Of a DNA stretch of 64,000 bases, positions 30,812-49,760 are shown piece after piece. Made by a program: the position numbers and the translations under genes. The stretch's first letter is position 1. Each line of letters begins with the position of its first letter. This stretch comes from the human T2T-CHM13v2.0 reference genome, Homo sapiens. The notes beneath the pieces were generated by a model, which searched no databases, was not told the DNA's origin, and saw nothing but the letters and a program-made list of their open reading frames with translations. The stretch lies in the NCBI RefSeq assembly GCF_009914755.1, contig NC_060941.1; one strand, 5' to 3'.

Positions 30812-33629
30812 TAAACACCACCTAGGGCACGTGTCTACACTATGCACCATACTGAGCGCCACAGATAACACCCGGCGAACACCCGGCAAACACCGACATC
30901 CTGCCCTGGCCCAGAGTCTGTGCAAAGCAACCGGGCTGAGTCGCACCAGGGCAGAACACCATGCCCTGATTCTGGAGAACATATGGCGGGAGATTAAGGG
31001 AGCCCGAGGGGTGACCCAGGTCTAAGGAAATAGTTTCCCAACCAAACTAGAGCCCACAACTGAAAAAATAAGCTTTGCTAACACTGTCCCCTGTATTTAA
31101 CAGAACAGAAGCTGCTGCCAAACACCATGCGGGACTCTTGAATTGGCTGCCCCCCCATCAAACTGCACAGCAGAGGTGGGGGCCCTGAAAACTCCGCTCT
31201 TTCGCAGTGGCTGTCTGGCATGGTGGGCGCCCTCAGTGCTGCCAGATGCCTGGGGCACAACCATACCCGCTGCCCAGGACTGACAATGGAGGCGCCAGGC
31301 TGCCTGCCCAGGCAGCAGGGGAGCCCTCACCTCAGCTGGGTCACCAGTCCCCACCGTCCCCCCAAGACTGCAGTGAGTAGAATACAGCAGCTTAGTGCAT
31401 TGGGGTGGCGGGAGCCCTGCTGGCAGGCAGCGCGTGCCTGTGGTTTCTGGGAAATGCTGTAGAGATTTGCAGCATTTTTAAAATACTTGTGTTCCCACCC
31501 GCCACACACTCCCCTTCACCCTACTCCCCACTCACCCCCAGTCAGGGTGTTTGCATATCTGGTATTTTCCAGAACCAGTCCAATGTAAATAAGAGAGATT
31601 AGAAGGGAGCAGAGGGCAGGGTGACTTGGGGTGTCAGGGCAGGCAGGAAGGGACCATGACAGGAAGAGGCAAGGGCAGGCTACCTTTAAGACCCTGCCCC
31701 TGCACCAAGGCTCCAAGCTGTGCCCACAGAAGCAGCCATGACCATGTCATGTACCCATACTCAGGTCAGTGCAGCCTGGGCACTGTGCCCACCACCCACA
31801 GGCTGGATGGCCACGGTACTCCAGGGCTGCAATTCATCGAGCATCTCATAAGGAAGAAGGCAGAATGGTGCCTCCAAGGACAGAGAAGGGAGCCCTGGAA
31901 ATGATCTAGTCCACTGCTTCGCCCTGACAGTCCCATGCATCCCACTACTCCACAATAGACAATCCCAAAGACCTTTCACCCACCACGTCCCATGCCCTTG
32001 ACACCTGCCCCCTGCCCCCAGCCCTTCATTACCTAAAGGACTTAGATAGGGTCCCTCACTGAGCCCTCAAGCCAGGATTCTCACATGGCGAGACTCAGAT
32101 GCCAGGGGTGCCTGAAGCTTTGGCACAAAATGAAGACAAATTTCCTGTTTTTAAAAACAAAACAAAACAAACAAAAAAAACAGAAACAGAAACCAAAAAC
32201 CCAAAGCAAAACAAAACAAAACAAAAACGCTCCAAGGATCACTTGCAGTAAAATCAGGAACAGAAGCATTGTAGAACACTGAGCCAGGCAGCACACAGCT
32301 GCTCCACCACCACCAGAAGGCCCTAGGAAAGCCCAGTGCTCCAAACCCGGCCTGGCAGACCTGGAGGCAAGACCATTTTGAGTCTTCCCTTGGAATCCTG
32401 CAGGCCCCACTCCTGGCAGCAGCCAGGTACCCTAGGGACAAGGTTGATGAGGCTCATACAGTTTCTACCCAGGGGTCTAGGGCTTCCCCTACAGCAAAAG
32501 GGCTCTCCTGTCCTTCTCCCAGATGCAGGCAACCCTGACTTGCCCATCTCCTGCAGGGCCACCAATGGCCAAGCCTGCAGGCCCGAGAAGCTGGCCTCTA
32601 ATAAGCTAGAAAAGGATAGGAAGCACCCAGAAGGCCATCTCTCCCTTCAGATGGCGTCTATAAGGCTAGGGCTACAGGAAAATCCAGACGAAAGCATCAG
32701 AAAACCTCAGGAGCAAGGATGGGTGAACACTAGGATGGATTCATTAAAGAAGCTGCAAAATTACCCTCCCAGGGTGGCTTTAGAGACTGGGCACAGGGAA
32801 GGGAAGGGTACTAATGTTTCTAAGCATTTACCACCTGCCAACATCTCACATACGTGAACTTGCCTAACATAAACATGCTTACCTTATATAAAGACCCACA
32901 AAATATACAGAATAAAAAGCAAGTCTCCTTTCAGCCTGCAATTCTATTCTGCTTCTCAGAGGCAATTGGAGTGAATTCACTGGGTATGCATCTTTCTCCA
33001 ACTTAACCTTCTCAACCTCTGGGAGGATAGAATAGGCCTATTTCATAGAGATCACAGGTCACCTTCACCAGGAGGCCTCTCCTGATTGCCCCCCACTTCC
33101 CCCAGGCAGAACTTCCTCCTGCCCCACTGTATGCCTGCACAGACTTCTGCGATAGCAGCTTTGCATTTCTTTACTTAGGTCTATGCTTCCTCAAGGAAAG
33201 ATTATATTTTGTTTATTTAATCCCCCAGTGCTAGCACAGTGCCCGGTCCTTAGGTCAACTTCATTAAATATTTACTGAGGGAAAAGTGAACACTGAGGCT
33301 CTGAAAGGTTTGATAACTTTGGTAAAACCCAAACCCAGGTCTTTCTGGCTCCAAAGCCCATGCTCTTTCCACTGTAACATGTCCTCTCCCAAACCCACCT
33401 GAGCGTGGAGGTGGTTTATGTGAACATGGCAACCTCATGAGGAACCCGACAGCCTGAAAGCCTTTGACTAGAAACTCCACCCCACACACTAAAACCTCCA
33501 ACTAGCAGCCTCACGGTCCACCAGGAGAAGTACCCCTACCACAGCGACTAGACTTGGCTGGGAGGGAGTGGTAAGCCTTCCTTTAAGACCCCCTCTCCCT
33601 TCCCACCACATTCTCAAAAGCTCAGGGAG

Positions 33630-34222
<593 letters not shown>

Positions 34223-36589
34223 ATGCTCAGGAGGCCTTGCTTTCTGGCCAGCACCTCTGGCTCTCCATGGCAGGACAACCACATTGGCCAGGGTTTAGCT
34301 GGGTGGGCTTTTCTGAGCTCAGCAGAAAAGTCCTATACTCCCAGATGCAGGAGGACATGCCTCGTCCTAAGGGACTCCATTTGTCCTCCCCTAGAATGGA
34401 CCGACTGAGGATACAGACAGACTCGCCTTCTCCTCTCCCAGGCCCTAGTCTCCAGCCTGGCCTCTGCCCCTTCTCAATGGGCCTTGACTTTCCCATCCGG
34501 ACTTATGGAAGTGGAGGAGGGAATTTTGATCCAACTGGGGTTTTGAGATCCTCAACTTTACCAACATCTCCCCTAATCTCACCAGACTTAGGAAACACTT
34601 GGCCTTCAGCAAACTTAAGAGTAACTGATCCAAATACAGATGCCCCCCAAGAACTTTCCCTAAGGAATCAAAGGGGAAAGAATGTAGCATCTTCCCAGTA
34701 CTCTGGCGGTCACATGACCCCTCCTCTCCCTCAGGCCCCTACCAGTGGGTCACCAAGACCCCAGAGTCTGACTCAGTTGCTCGAGTCTGAGATGGCTCTC
34801 CATCCCACTGCCTCTACCTGAGTCCAGGTCTCCATCCATTCTTCTAGGATCACAATCACTCCCTCACCACTCTCCCCACAGCCAACTTTGCTACACCCTA
34901 GAGCATGCTCCATAAGCAGCCAGAGTGATTTCCTAAAACCTGTTCCTATTGCTCCCTGATTAAATTGCTTCAGTGCCCTTTGGTTAAAGTTCACGTTCCC
35001 CAGCACGGCTCACAGGGGCCTCCATGACCTGGCTCCCGTGGATGCCTCCTAGTGCTTCTCCCAGCTTTCCCTTCCCACACACCGTCTCCCAGCCTTATTC
35101 CTGAAATATGTGATTCTCTCTCCATAACTTTAGGCCTTGGCATGTGTTTGTGACAGTGTTTCCCTTCCTCTTGCCTCCCCTTCACTCATCTACTACCCAG
35201 ATGTCAGCTTTCGCTGACCCATCCACAAGACTGGACTTGAAGCCCCTCTGCTGCACTCCCAGCACCAGGACTGGCCCCTGTGGTTGAGCTTCTCAGAGGG
35301 TACTGTCATGGTCTGCTACTGGAACATCTCTCCCGCTTACTATGAGCTCCTTGGGGCTGGGATTATGTGCTGCTCACCGCTGGAGCCCAGGACCTAGTAT
35401 GCAGTAAGTGCTCAACAAATGCTTCCCTAATGGATGGGCAGGTGGAAGGATGATGGCAGAAGAAAACGGTGTTCTCCCAGGCCTGCTGGTTGATTTCTAC
35501 CAGGCCACAAATCTACCCTACCACTGTGGCTCACCCCTGCTCCCAGCGGAACCTCATCTAGCAGCTACCAGGACACATGAAGGTGTGAACCCAGCATTCT
35601 GGACACACGCCATGTGAGAGGGAAACCCAAGGGGCTGTGTCTCCCTGGGGCCTTCTAAACAGGCCATGGAGAGGAGCCGGGGGCCTGGCCCCATCTGTGT
35701 GCAGGAAGATAACAGATGGCTAGTCAGCTCCCTCAGAGCTCCCTGGGGACAGGCAATGTGTGGACACAGTTGATGGATGGCCTGATGGCAGGGTGGCCAG
35801 CAAGAGCTGTCCCTGTGGGGCTACAGTCATCAGGGTATCCCTCCCAGGAGTCTGGAGGAGGCGGGAAGACTTCTCTTGGCGCATAACTGGGATTAGAACT
35901 GCTGCCAAGACAGGGAGTAGGAGGAGTAAAAGGAAGAGGAGGAGATACAGGCTGAGGGTACAGAAGAGGTGCAGCACCCCACGCCACTCCCAGCCCTGTC
36001 CCAGGAAGCTGGAAACGCTGGGCTCACCCTGGTCCTCTCTGCTTGTGGTATGAGTCCCCACCACCTACCTGGGTGAGAAAAGATATGGGCTTCTTTCAGC
36101 CCTATGTGTCTCCTTATCCTGCCACATGGCTCTAGGAGATGCATGGGGATGGGGTTTGCTACTGTGTCCTCTGGCAGATGAAACAGGCTGAGGCTCGGGG
36201 AAGAAGTCCTCTGGGCACCAGCTGGGCTTACCCCATAGGAGCTAGAGTGAGCCAGCATTTCAGGGATACCAGCTATAACTTGGAATCCACCAGGGCCTCC
36301 AAAGCTAAACCATCTACTTCTCCAGGGATGGGATAGCAGCAGATAGTTGGGAAGGGAAAGCTAGGAAAATCTGAGATGCCAGGATGATCCCTGTGCTATA
36401 AAGAGAAAACCAAACAGCATCTGGGATGCCAGGCCCAGGGCCCCACAGAGGCCTTGCTGTGGTTCAGCAGGGAGCTGGCAACAATCCCCTGGGGGATTCA
36501 TTCTTTAAGAAGAAAATTCCATCTGTTAAAAGCAGCGTTAGCCTGGAAGAACGCAGACAGGCATGGCAACATGTTAGTCTTTGCTTCTG

Positions 36590-36885
<296 letters not shown>

Positions 36886-38379
36886 AGTCTTTGCTTCTGA
36901 CATAAAGACCCCTCCTTGTTCTTCCCTCTCTACCTCGTGGTTCTCTGAGTTCCACCTAACCTGGTGGCTAAAACATAGTAGGTGCTCAATGTGTGCTTCT
37001 GGAATGAAGAGTCCAGGTCTTCCACACAGGCCTCCTCCTCCCATTCACTACCCTTCCCTGACTAGCAAAGCTGCCTAAACCCAGCTAGCTCCGGGTTAAA
37101 GGAAGGCCTGGAACCCAACTACAGTGCTTCCTGACAGTCTGACCCTACCACTGCCAGCCCCTCTTCAGGCCCAAGGTACTACTGGGTTGAGTAGCAGCTG
37201 CTTCCCCTCCCTGGGAGAAAGCTGGGACCGGGACTCTGCCTGTTTCCTCCCATTAGCACTTCCTCCCATTTCTGACTTTGACACATCTGGCTGGTCACTT
37301 AGTACCAAAAGGTCCTGGTCAAGCAGCAGGGGCCAGATCTGGACGGTCCTAAAACCCACAGCTGGGAAGGGAAGATGGCCAGAGGTGGTCACTTGTCCTT
37401 CGTATACTATCTCCAGGCAGGACATTCAAACTGCTATGTAGCCACCCTATCAAAAGACCCCTGGGATTAGTGAGCTTGATGCCCCATGGAGATCCGCTCC
37501 TCCATCTGATCTAAACCTCTCTGCTCCTGTGCCTCCTTCTGCTCTTTTTGCGCGGGCAGCTGGGGTCTCAGTGACAGTCAGGACATACTATCTGTGTAGG
37601 TTTTATCCCTCTTGCTTTTCCAGGTCCATGCTTTTTCTCCTTCCAGGAGAGGTAATAAAGACTCTTGGAGCCCAAGTGACCATTATAAATCAGATCCAGT
37701 TACTCCCCTGCTTCGAATCCTTCAATAGTCCCATTTCACTGGGATGAAATCTGAATTCCAACTGTGACTTACAAGGTCCTTTATGATCTGCCCCTGCTTT
37801 CTCTGCAGCCTCACCTGATATTTCCTTGCTCACTCAGGGGCAAGAGGAGGCTCTGGCCTGAGGTCATCTTTCCCAAAGATATAATCATACCAGCTATACA
37901 TCTCAGATGTTCCATGACGGCCCTAATTTGAAATCATTTGTCCTTTTTTATCCCCAAGATCTAAATACCATGGAAATATTGTATTTTACTGTCCAGATTG
38001 TCTCTTATATCTGGAAGTGACACATGTTAGCCTATACACCCCAATTTAGGGCTCAGGAAATATGGTGCCCAAACCCCTCACCTGTCCTTGTAATGAAGAA
38101 GCTGAATACTTTCACGGTAATTACTAACCAACAGCAGAGCTCTCTCAAGGGCTCCAGGGCTGAAACTAAGGTTCAGGCAGAGCTTGGTCTAGCCCAGCAC
38201 CGTTGAGAAAGGCATTCCGCTGAATTCAGTTAGGTCAATCCAACAGACACAGAACACAGGAGGGAACCATAAAACCATGAGGCCTGGCCAAACTGCTCAG
38301 AACTCTACCGCAGTGAACCTTTGGGGACTTGTCCTCAGCTCCCAGACAAGGTTGAGAGACGAAGGTGTGACTCCTTTAA

Positions 38380-38456
38380 TGTCCTTGTCTTTCTTCATTA
38401 GGTTAAACCTGGTGGGGGTGCTGTTTGTAGGGGTGGCACCCCCAGAGGATTATGAG
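38380..38456 (-). repeat. 77-bp intronic copy of the MYO18A start-codon region (39604-39680)
   Basis: 75/77 identical; ATG changed to AGG. Confidence 0.95.
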
Positions 38457-38635
38457 CATGGGGCACCTTCTCCTGAGTTCATGCTTCCCCACAGGCTCAG
38501 AGAGCAGCAGGGCTTCCCCACTTACACACTGCTAGGCTCTGATAGCAGCTCTTGGGTACCCCGATTACCCAGTCAAGCAGGAGGTGCCCACATTCCCCAT
38601 CCCTGCTTAGCCCAGGTGCCCAGGGAAGCACTCAC

Positions 38636-39634
38636 ATCGGATGGCTCCCTGCGAGGTCCCTCGCCGCTCCGCAGCCAGCTCCTGCTGAGCTCGCTGAGCT
38701 CTGGAATGGGCTGCACCTTGAGCCGCACGCTGTCCCCTGACTGCCGGATCATCTCCACAATCTCATCCCTGGACTTGCTCTCCACATTGTGCCCATTAAT
38801 CTCCACCAGTCGATCTCCTGGCACCAGCCCCAGGGCCAGGTCCTTGGTGCCTGCACCAGGCTCAGCAAAGTGGACCACACGCCGACAGGCCTGGCCCTCG
38901 GGGCCCCGATCCAGCATGGTTGTGCGCCGCAGGGAGAAGCCAAAGTCTCCAGTGGGCCGTCGTTGCAGCTCCAGCTCCCGGAGGGTAGGTGGGGGCAGGG
39001 GCACCACGGGGGGCAGGCGCAGGTCGACTGGGAACTTTTTAGTCACTAGCTCAGGGGCTCGGGATCGGTGCCCTGGTCGAGGGATGCCTGGGCCAGGATG
39101 CTGCACCAGCTGTCCCTCTAGAGTCCTCACCTCCACCTGTGGCGAGGGGGCGGCAGAGTGCTCTGAGGGCGTCGAGGTTTCTGAGGCGCTCTCATCCCGG
39201 CTACGCTGGGAGAAGGAAAAGCGCTTGACAATCATCTGTGAGTTCTGCTTGGCCAGTGAGCCGAACTTGGCTGCCCGCTGCAGCACCGAGCCACGGAAGC
39301 TACCCTCCTCACCCTTGAGGTCATCGCTGGAGCTGGCTGTACTTAGGTGGCCCGAGTCCAGGATGACGCTGCCCCGGTTACTATCGGAGTCAATGTCAGT
39401 CAGGTGCAGGTCAGAGCCGCTGGCCACCTTGATGGGGATGGGGTTGGAGATTTCCAGGCGCGTCTTGGATTCACGCTTGGAGGAGCGGTTCAGGTTGAAG
39501 AAGCCACGTCGCAGGCTCATCTCCTCCAGGCTCCGAAGCTCTGCCGCTGACATCCGCTCCTTTTTCTCCTTTTTCTCCTTCTTCTCCTTCCGCCCGCCAT
39601 CTTTGTCCTTGTCTTTCTTCATTAGGTTAAACAT
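38636..39634 (-). CDS. MYO18A: MYO18A alpha exon 2 coding part (333 codons): KE-rich segment, N-terminal extension, PDZ domain (~38700-38980)
   Basis: Translation [46 protein letters not shown]...GDFGFSLRR...[16 protein letters not shown]...REPSD is the MYO18A N-terminus. Donor GAT|gtgagt at 38636, phase 0. Confidence 0.97.
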
Positions 39635-39715
39635 GGTGGGGGTGCTGTTTGTAGGGGTAGCACCCCCAGAGGATTATGAGTGCTTAGCACAGGGCCTTGG
39701 TGCCCCACTTTGCTG
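39635..39715 (-). other. MYO18A: 5' UTR part of MYO18A exon 2 with NAGNAG acceptor
   Basis: ctctctgtgtgtttctgtttgcag|cag|caaagt; 81 nt to the ATG; in-frame upstream TAA. Confidence 0.85.
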
Positions 39716-40122
39716 CTGCAAACAGAAACACACAGAGAGAAAGGTTATTCGAACAGAGCCTCATGTGTCTCCAGTCCAGACATAACCAAATGATACAGCT
39801 ACTCCTCACTGGGTGCTAGCTATGTGCCAGGCACTCTGCCTTACCCAATATTGTCTCCACTGATTTAATCCTTACAACCCTTCTATAGGTAGTTACTATT
39901 ATTACCCCATTTTACAAATAAGGAAACTTAAGGTTTAGATAAGGCGGTAAAAGCCCAGATTCCAAAAAGGCGGTAAAAGCCCAGATTCCAAAGCCTGTCA
40001 TTTCCTTGAATCTTTGATAGACCAAGGCTTAGGTGTATCTGGAGGTAGTATGTGGGAGACCTGACCTCCTGGTGAGAGAATGCTTCAAACCAACCTGGGA
40101 CCTGACTTAAAGATTCAAACAC

Positions 40123-40408
40123 AGGCCAGGCAGGGTGGCTCATGCCTGTAATCATAGCACTTTGGGAGACTGAAGCAAGAGGATCGATTGAGCCCAGGAG
40201 TTTAAGACCAGCCTGGACAACACAGTGAGACCCTATCTCTAAAAAAAATTTTAAAAATTAGCCAGGCATGCTGGTGCATGCCCACATTCCTAGCTACTTG
40301 GGAATTTGAGGATTGCTTGAGCCCAGGAGGTCGAGGTTGCAGTGAACTATGATCACACTACTCCAGCTTGGGCAACAGAGTGAGACCCTGTCTCAAAAAA
40401 AAAAAAAA
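40123..40408 (+). mobile_element. Alu
   Basis: Alu consensus; aaagattcaaac duplicated on both flanks. Confidence 0.9.
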
Positions 40409-41508
40409 GATTCAAACTCAAAGGAAAAAGAAAAGGGACTCAATGCAACATCACCTCCCACAGACAATGTTCGTTTAAGCAACAGACATCCCATTCTTTG
40501 GACTCTTTCCTGAGCCTGTTATCCCTAGAGTAGCACCCTTAGCCACCGCCTAACAGAAGAACTCAAAGGAACCAACATTTATTTAATGACTACCACTGGC
40601 TAGGCCTAATGCCAGGCACTTTACATGCACTATCTCCTCTGAACCTCACAGCATTCCTACAAGGTAGATATCATTATTTCCACTGTACAAAGGAAGAAAA
40701 TGGGATACAGAAAATTAAGTATATGTTAGTTGTCACACAGCTAATAAATGGTGATGTTGGGATTCAGTGGCAAATATTGTGTTCTTTCTAGGGCCTGGGT
40801 GACCAAAGTAAAGCAGCAAGAGAAAGAAGGGAAGTTCCAGACCAAACAGAGGATAGACAGCTGCGAGGTGGGGGTGGGGTAGGGTCCACTGGATAAACAG
40901 GATCCTAAAAAATTCACATCCTTTTCCCCAGACCAACACCTAAATATAGCCCCAGGAAGAAAACTGTGGTAGCCTGAAAGAAAATCCCAGCCCCAGGGTG
41001 TGTGAAACCTACCCACCAACCTACCCAACCCCCTGCACATCTAACTGGGGACAGGACCAATAAAAACCTGGTGGGAAGAGTTGAGAGAGTCTTTCTTGTT
41101 CTAACCAGCAGGGAACAAGAAGAAGAAATAGGCCATGCCACCTAATTGGAAATTAAATGACATTTTTTCTCTCTCTCTGAAAGCCTACCCCTCTGAGTTT
41201 CACACAGAGGATCTACAAGCTTATCCCTTCTAGTAATGGCCTCTTGCCAGGCCCTGGACAGGCCTTTCCTCTCTGTGTGCTCCACCCCTACAACCAAGCA
41301 GGGCCCTCCGGGATCCCCAGTCTACTGAGAGGGACCATCCTTCAACCCTGGTACAATGCTCAGGAAGGCATCAAGGTCAGAAATTCCCAAAGGCCGTAGT
41401 GCAATGGCTAATTGCTTCCCCCTGCCCAGCATCCTGACTTGTGTTGCTCCTGACATACCAACTCATCTCCTTTCTAGAGCAGTGCTGTCCATAAGAAATA
41501 TAATTCAA

Positions 41509-42043
41509 GGCCAGGTACAGTGGCTCATGCCTGTAATCCCCAATACTTTAGGAGGCTGAGGCAGGCAGATCACTTGAGGTCAGAAGTTCAAGACCACTCA
41601 TGCCTATAATCCCAGCACTTCGGGAGGCCGAGGTGGGCGGATCACCAGAGGTCAGGAGTTCGAGACCAGCCTGGCCAACATAGTAAAACCCCATCTCTAC
41701 TAAAAATACAAAAACTGGCCAGGCGTGATGGCACACGCCTGTAATCCCAGCTATTCGGGTGGCTGAGGCATGAGAATCACTTGAACCCAGGAGGCAGAGG
41801 TGGCGTGATCTCGGCTCACTGCAACCTCTGCCTCCCAGGGTTCACGCCATTCTCCTGCCTCAGCCTCCCAAGTAGCTGGGACTACAGGTGCCCGCCACCA
41901 CGCCCAGCTAATTTTTTGTATTTTTAGTGGAGATGGGTTTTCACCGTGTTAGCCAGGATGGTCTCGATCTCCTGACCTCATGATCCACCTGTCTCGGCCT
42001 CCCAAAGTGCTGGGATTACAGGCGTGAGCCACCGCGCCTAGCC
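41509..42043. mobile_element. Tail-to-tail fused inverted Alu pair, both 3'-truncated
   Basis: Sense Alu to 41801 joins directly to an antisense Alu; no poly(A) or poly(T) between them. Confidence 0.9.
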
Positions 42044-43489
42044 TTGAACTTGTTGGTTCTAAATGCTACATGCACAGTACCTGGGAGTTAGAAAACAGGA
42101 AATCTAGGGCCCAAAAGGCACACAGCCAGGGGCCTTGGCCAGGTAGGTCTGGACTGATTTGGGGTGGAGGAGTACCTGACAGCCAGCATTCTCTCTTCGG
42201 GGCTCTACTGTGACAAGGGGAGTCTCTCTCCTCCTGACTGTTGATGGGGTGTGGCACAGACCTACCATAAACCAAGATGTGGGGTCTTCAGCTGTTACTG
42301 CCCACCTTATACCTTACCCACCACTGCCTGCACCATCTTAAAGGGATGGTTTAGAAGATAACTCCAGGGGCACTTGTGGAAGAAATGAAGAAAGAAATCC
42401 ACCTTGGGGACTTGGATGGGACAAACAAGAGTATCATGGCCTCAGTTCAACCACAGAGAACCCAACTGACTAGAATGCTGTCCCACCAAGACGCCCAATT
42501 CTCGGTCTATAATGCTTACCCAATCCTGGCTCTTTGCTGGGGGCTAGATCGCTGAGTAATATGAGTGGAAAGGATCTCCCAGAATTCTAGGATCTTTGGG
42601 CTGGAAAGGTCCCTGAAAAAGTCTGAGCAAAAGCTTGTTCCTCACTGTCATTGCAGCAGGCAGGACAGCAGACGGTCACAGCAGCAGCACAAGGGATGGC
42701 GCTGGCCAGAAGTTTCAGGAGATTTGGTATCTAGGCCTGGATCTGCCAAAAAATCGCTGGGGGACCTTGAGCCTGTCACTCTGCTCAAGGTTGAACTACA
42801 TGATCTAGATCTCTTCTGGCTCTAAAATTCTAAATATCTAAGTCTCCTGTGGACACAGGTTAAGTTATTAACCTTCTGCCAAAGGCACCCCTCTCATCCC
42901 AACCCTGGGGCCTTCAGAAAATGAGGCTGTGCCAGCCCTTCCCTCACCACCCCTGTCCTGCCACCATAATCTTCACAGCTCACAAGGCACCTCTTCCCCA
43001 CTGCCATCCCCATAATCGCCAGGCCTGGCTGTGGACTGGTTCTCTCCTGAGTCTAGAGCTGCCTGGCTGCCTGCAGCCTCCTGTCCAGGATCAGATCTGC
43101 AATGCGACTGCTGCTCCATGGCCTTCTTGTAGACCTTGCACTTTCCGGCACCTCCTGGCCTCAGGTCCAAAGTCTCCAACAGCTCTGATACCACTACCTT
43201 CCTACCCCCTATCCCGGGCTGCAGTTTCCATCTGCCTCCCATTCCTCTCCTACCCTCTCCCTCCACTCCAGTAAAGGTAACCTTATAATTTTCCTGACCT
43301 CCTTTTCTGCGTTTCTCTCCTCATCATACTCTAAGAAGTTTTTCCTAATTTTAAGAAAAGGAAGGCATCTATGTAAGTTAGGGTATGGACCCGAATAATC
43401 TTGCTCTTACTATCCCCAAAAACAAAAAGAAAGTACAATCTGTCAACTCAGCTGCTCTATCACTTTAAGAGAGTAAGCATCCCGAAGGC

Positions 43490-48760
<5,271 letters not shown>

Positions 48761-49229
48761 CAGCAGTCTGGAAAAATTCGATCCAAAAATTTATCAGTGG
48801 TCATCTCTGGAGAGTAGGGGAGAAGAAGGGTAACACTTTAGTAACGCTTTAGCTTTCTACCTAATGATTCAACTTTTTTCCAGACTAAAAAAAAATGGAC
48901 AAACTAGTAGGCAATCCACCAGCAGTAAAGCTGCAAACAGGGTAATGGTCAGTTTAAGGATTGCCTTCATGTCTTGAAAAAGTTTCAGTGGCTTGGGGGA
49001 CTTGGTTAAAATAGAGTTCACTGGTGTCTTGTGGCTGTAAGTGGGGACACATTTAAATGGGTCACCTAGCAGCTGGCAAAAGAAAAAAAAAACCCAGGAA
49101 ATGGAAACTATAACGTTAGAGTCCCAAGACAAGGGTGCCCAGAGTTGGCTGTGGTGGATAGATACTTAGGTCAGTCCTCCCACCCCCACCCCCAGACCAC
49201 ACTCATAAATAAATACAAAGGAAATACTT

Positions 49230-49760
49230 TCCCGAGAGAGCCGGCCTCTCTCCCTTGGCCTCTGACCTCCCTGAGCGGCCGTTTCCTCCAGCCCCGGGAC
49301 CCCGGCTCTCTCCCCGCGCTCTGCCCCTCGCCAAGGGTTGTAGCAGCGGCCGGAGGGGTAGCCAGCACCTGGCCTGGCCCCGTGCTCCAGGGGGAGCCTC
49401 CTCCCGGCCGGCTGTGCTGAGCTCCGCAGCGCCGGGTGACTCCCTGCCAGGTCACACGGAGCTTATCTGGCTCCAGGTGTGCTCCCTCACGCCGACTGCA
49501 CGCTTCTCACGTGACATTAGCCAGCCCTCACGCCGCCGCGCGGGGAGCCGGGCGGCCCTTGGCGTTTCCCCGCGGCTGGGCCGGCGCAGCCGCAGCCCCG
49601 CGGCGCCTCCCGCTGCGATCCCATCTCCCCCGGAAGGCAGCAATCCCGCGGGCCATGGAGGAACGCGAGCGGGAGAGCTCCTGCGGCCTCGCCAGGTTCC
49701 CTGCTGCTCTTCCAGGTGCACCGCCTGGCGCTCAGTTCCGCTAACATCCCCTTCCGTGTG
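49230..49760. promoter_or_regulatory. Second CpG island in intron 1 (alternative promoter or enhancer)
   Basis: Dense CpG; E-box TCACGTGAC at 49507-49515. Confidence 0.65.

Noticed and set aside
38573-38635. C-terminal [20 protein letters not shown] of the 353-aa ORF
   Set aside because: Intronic read-through past the consensus donor at 38636.
38277-39785. 502-aa plus-strand ORF
   Set aside because: Antisense shadow of MYO18A exon 2; its internal peptide repeat only reflects the 77-bp duplication.
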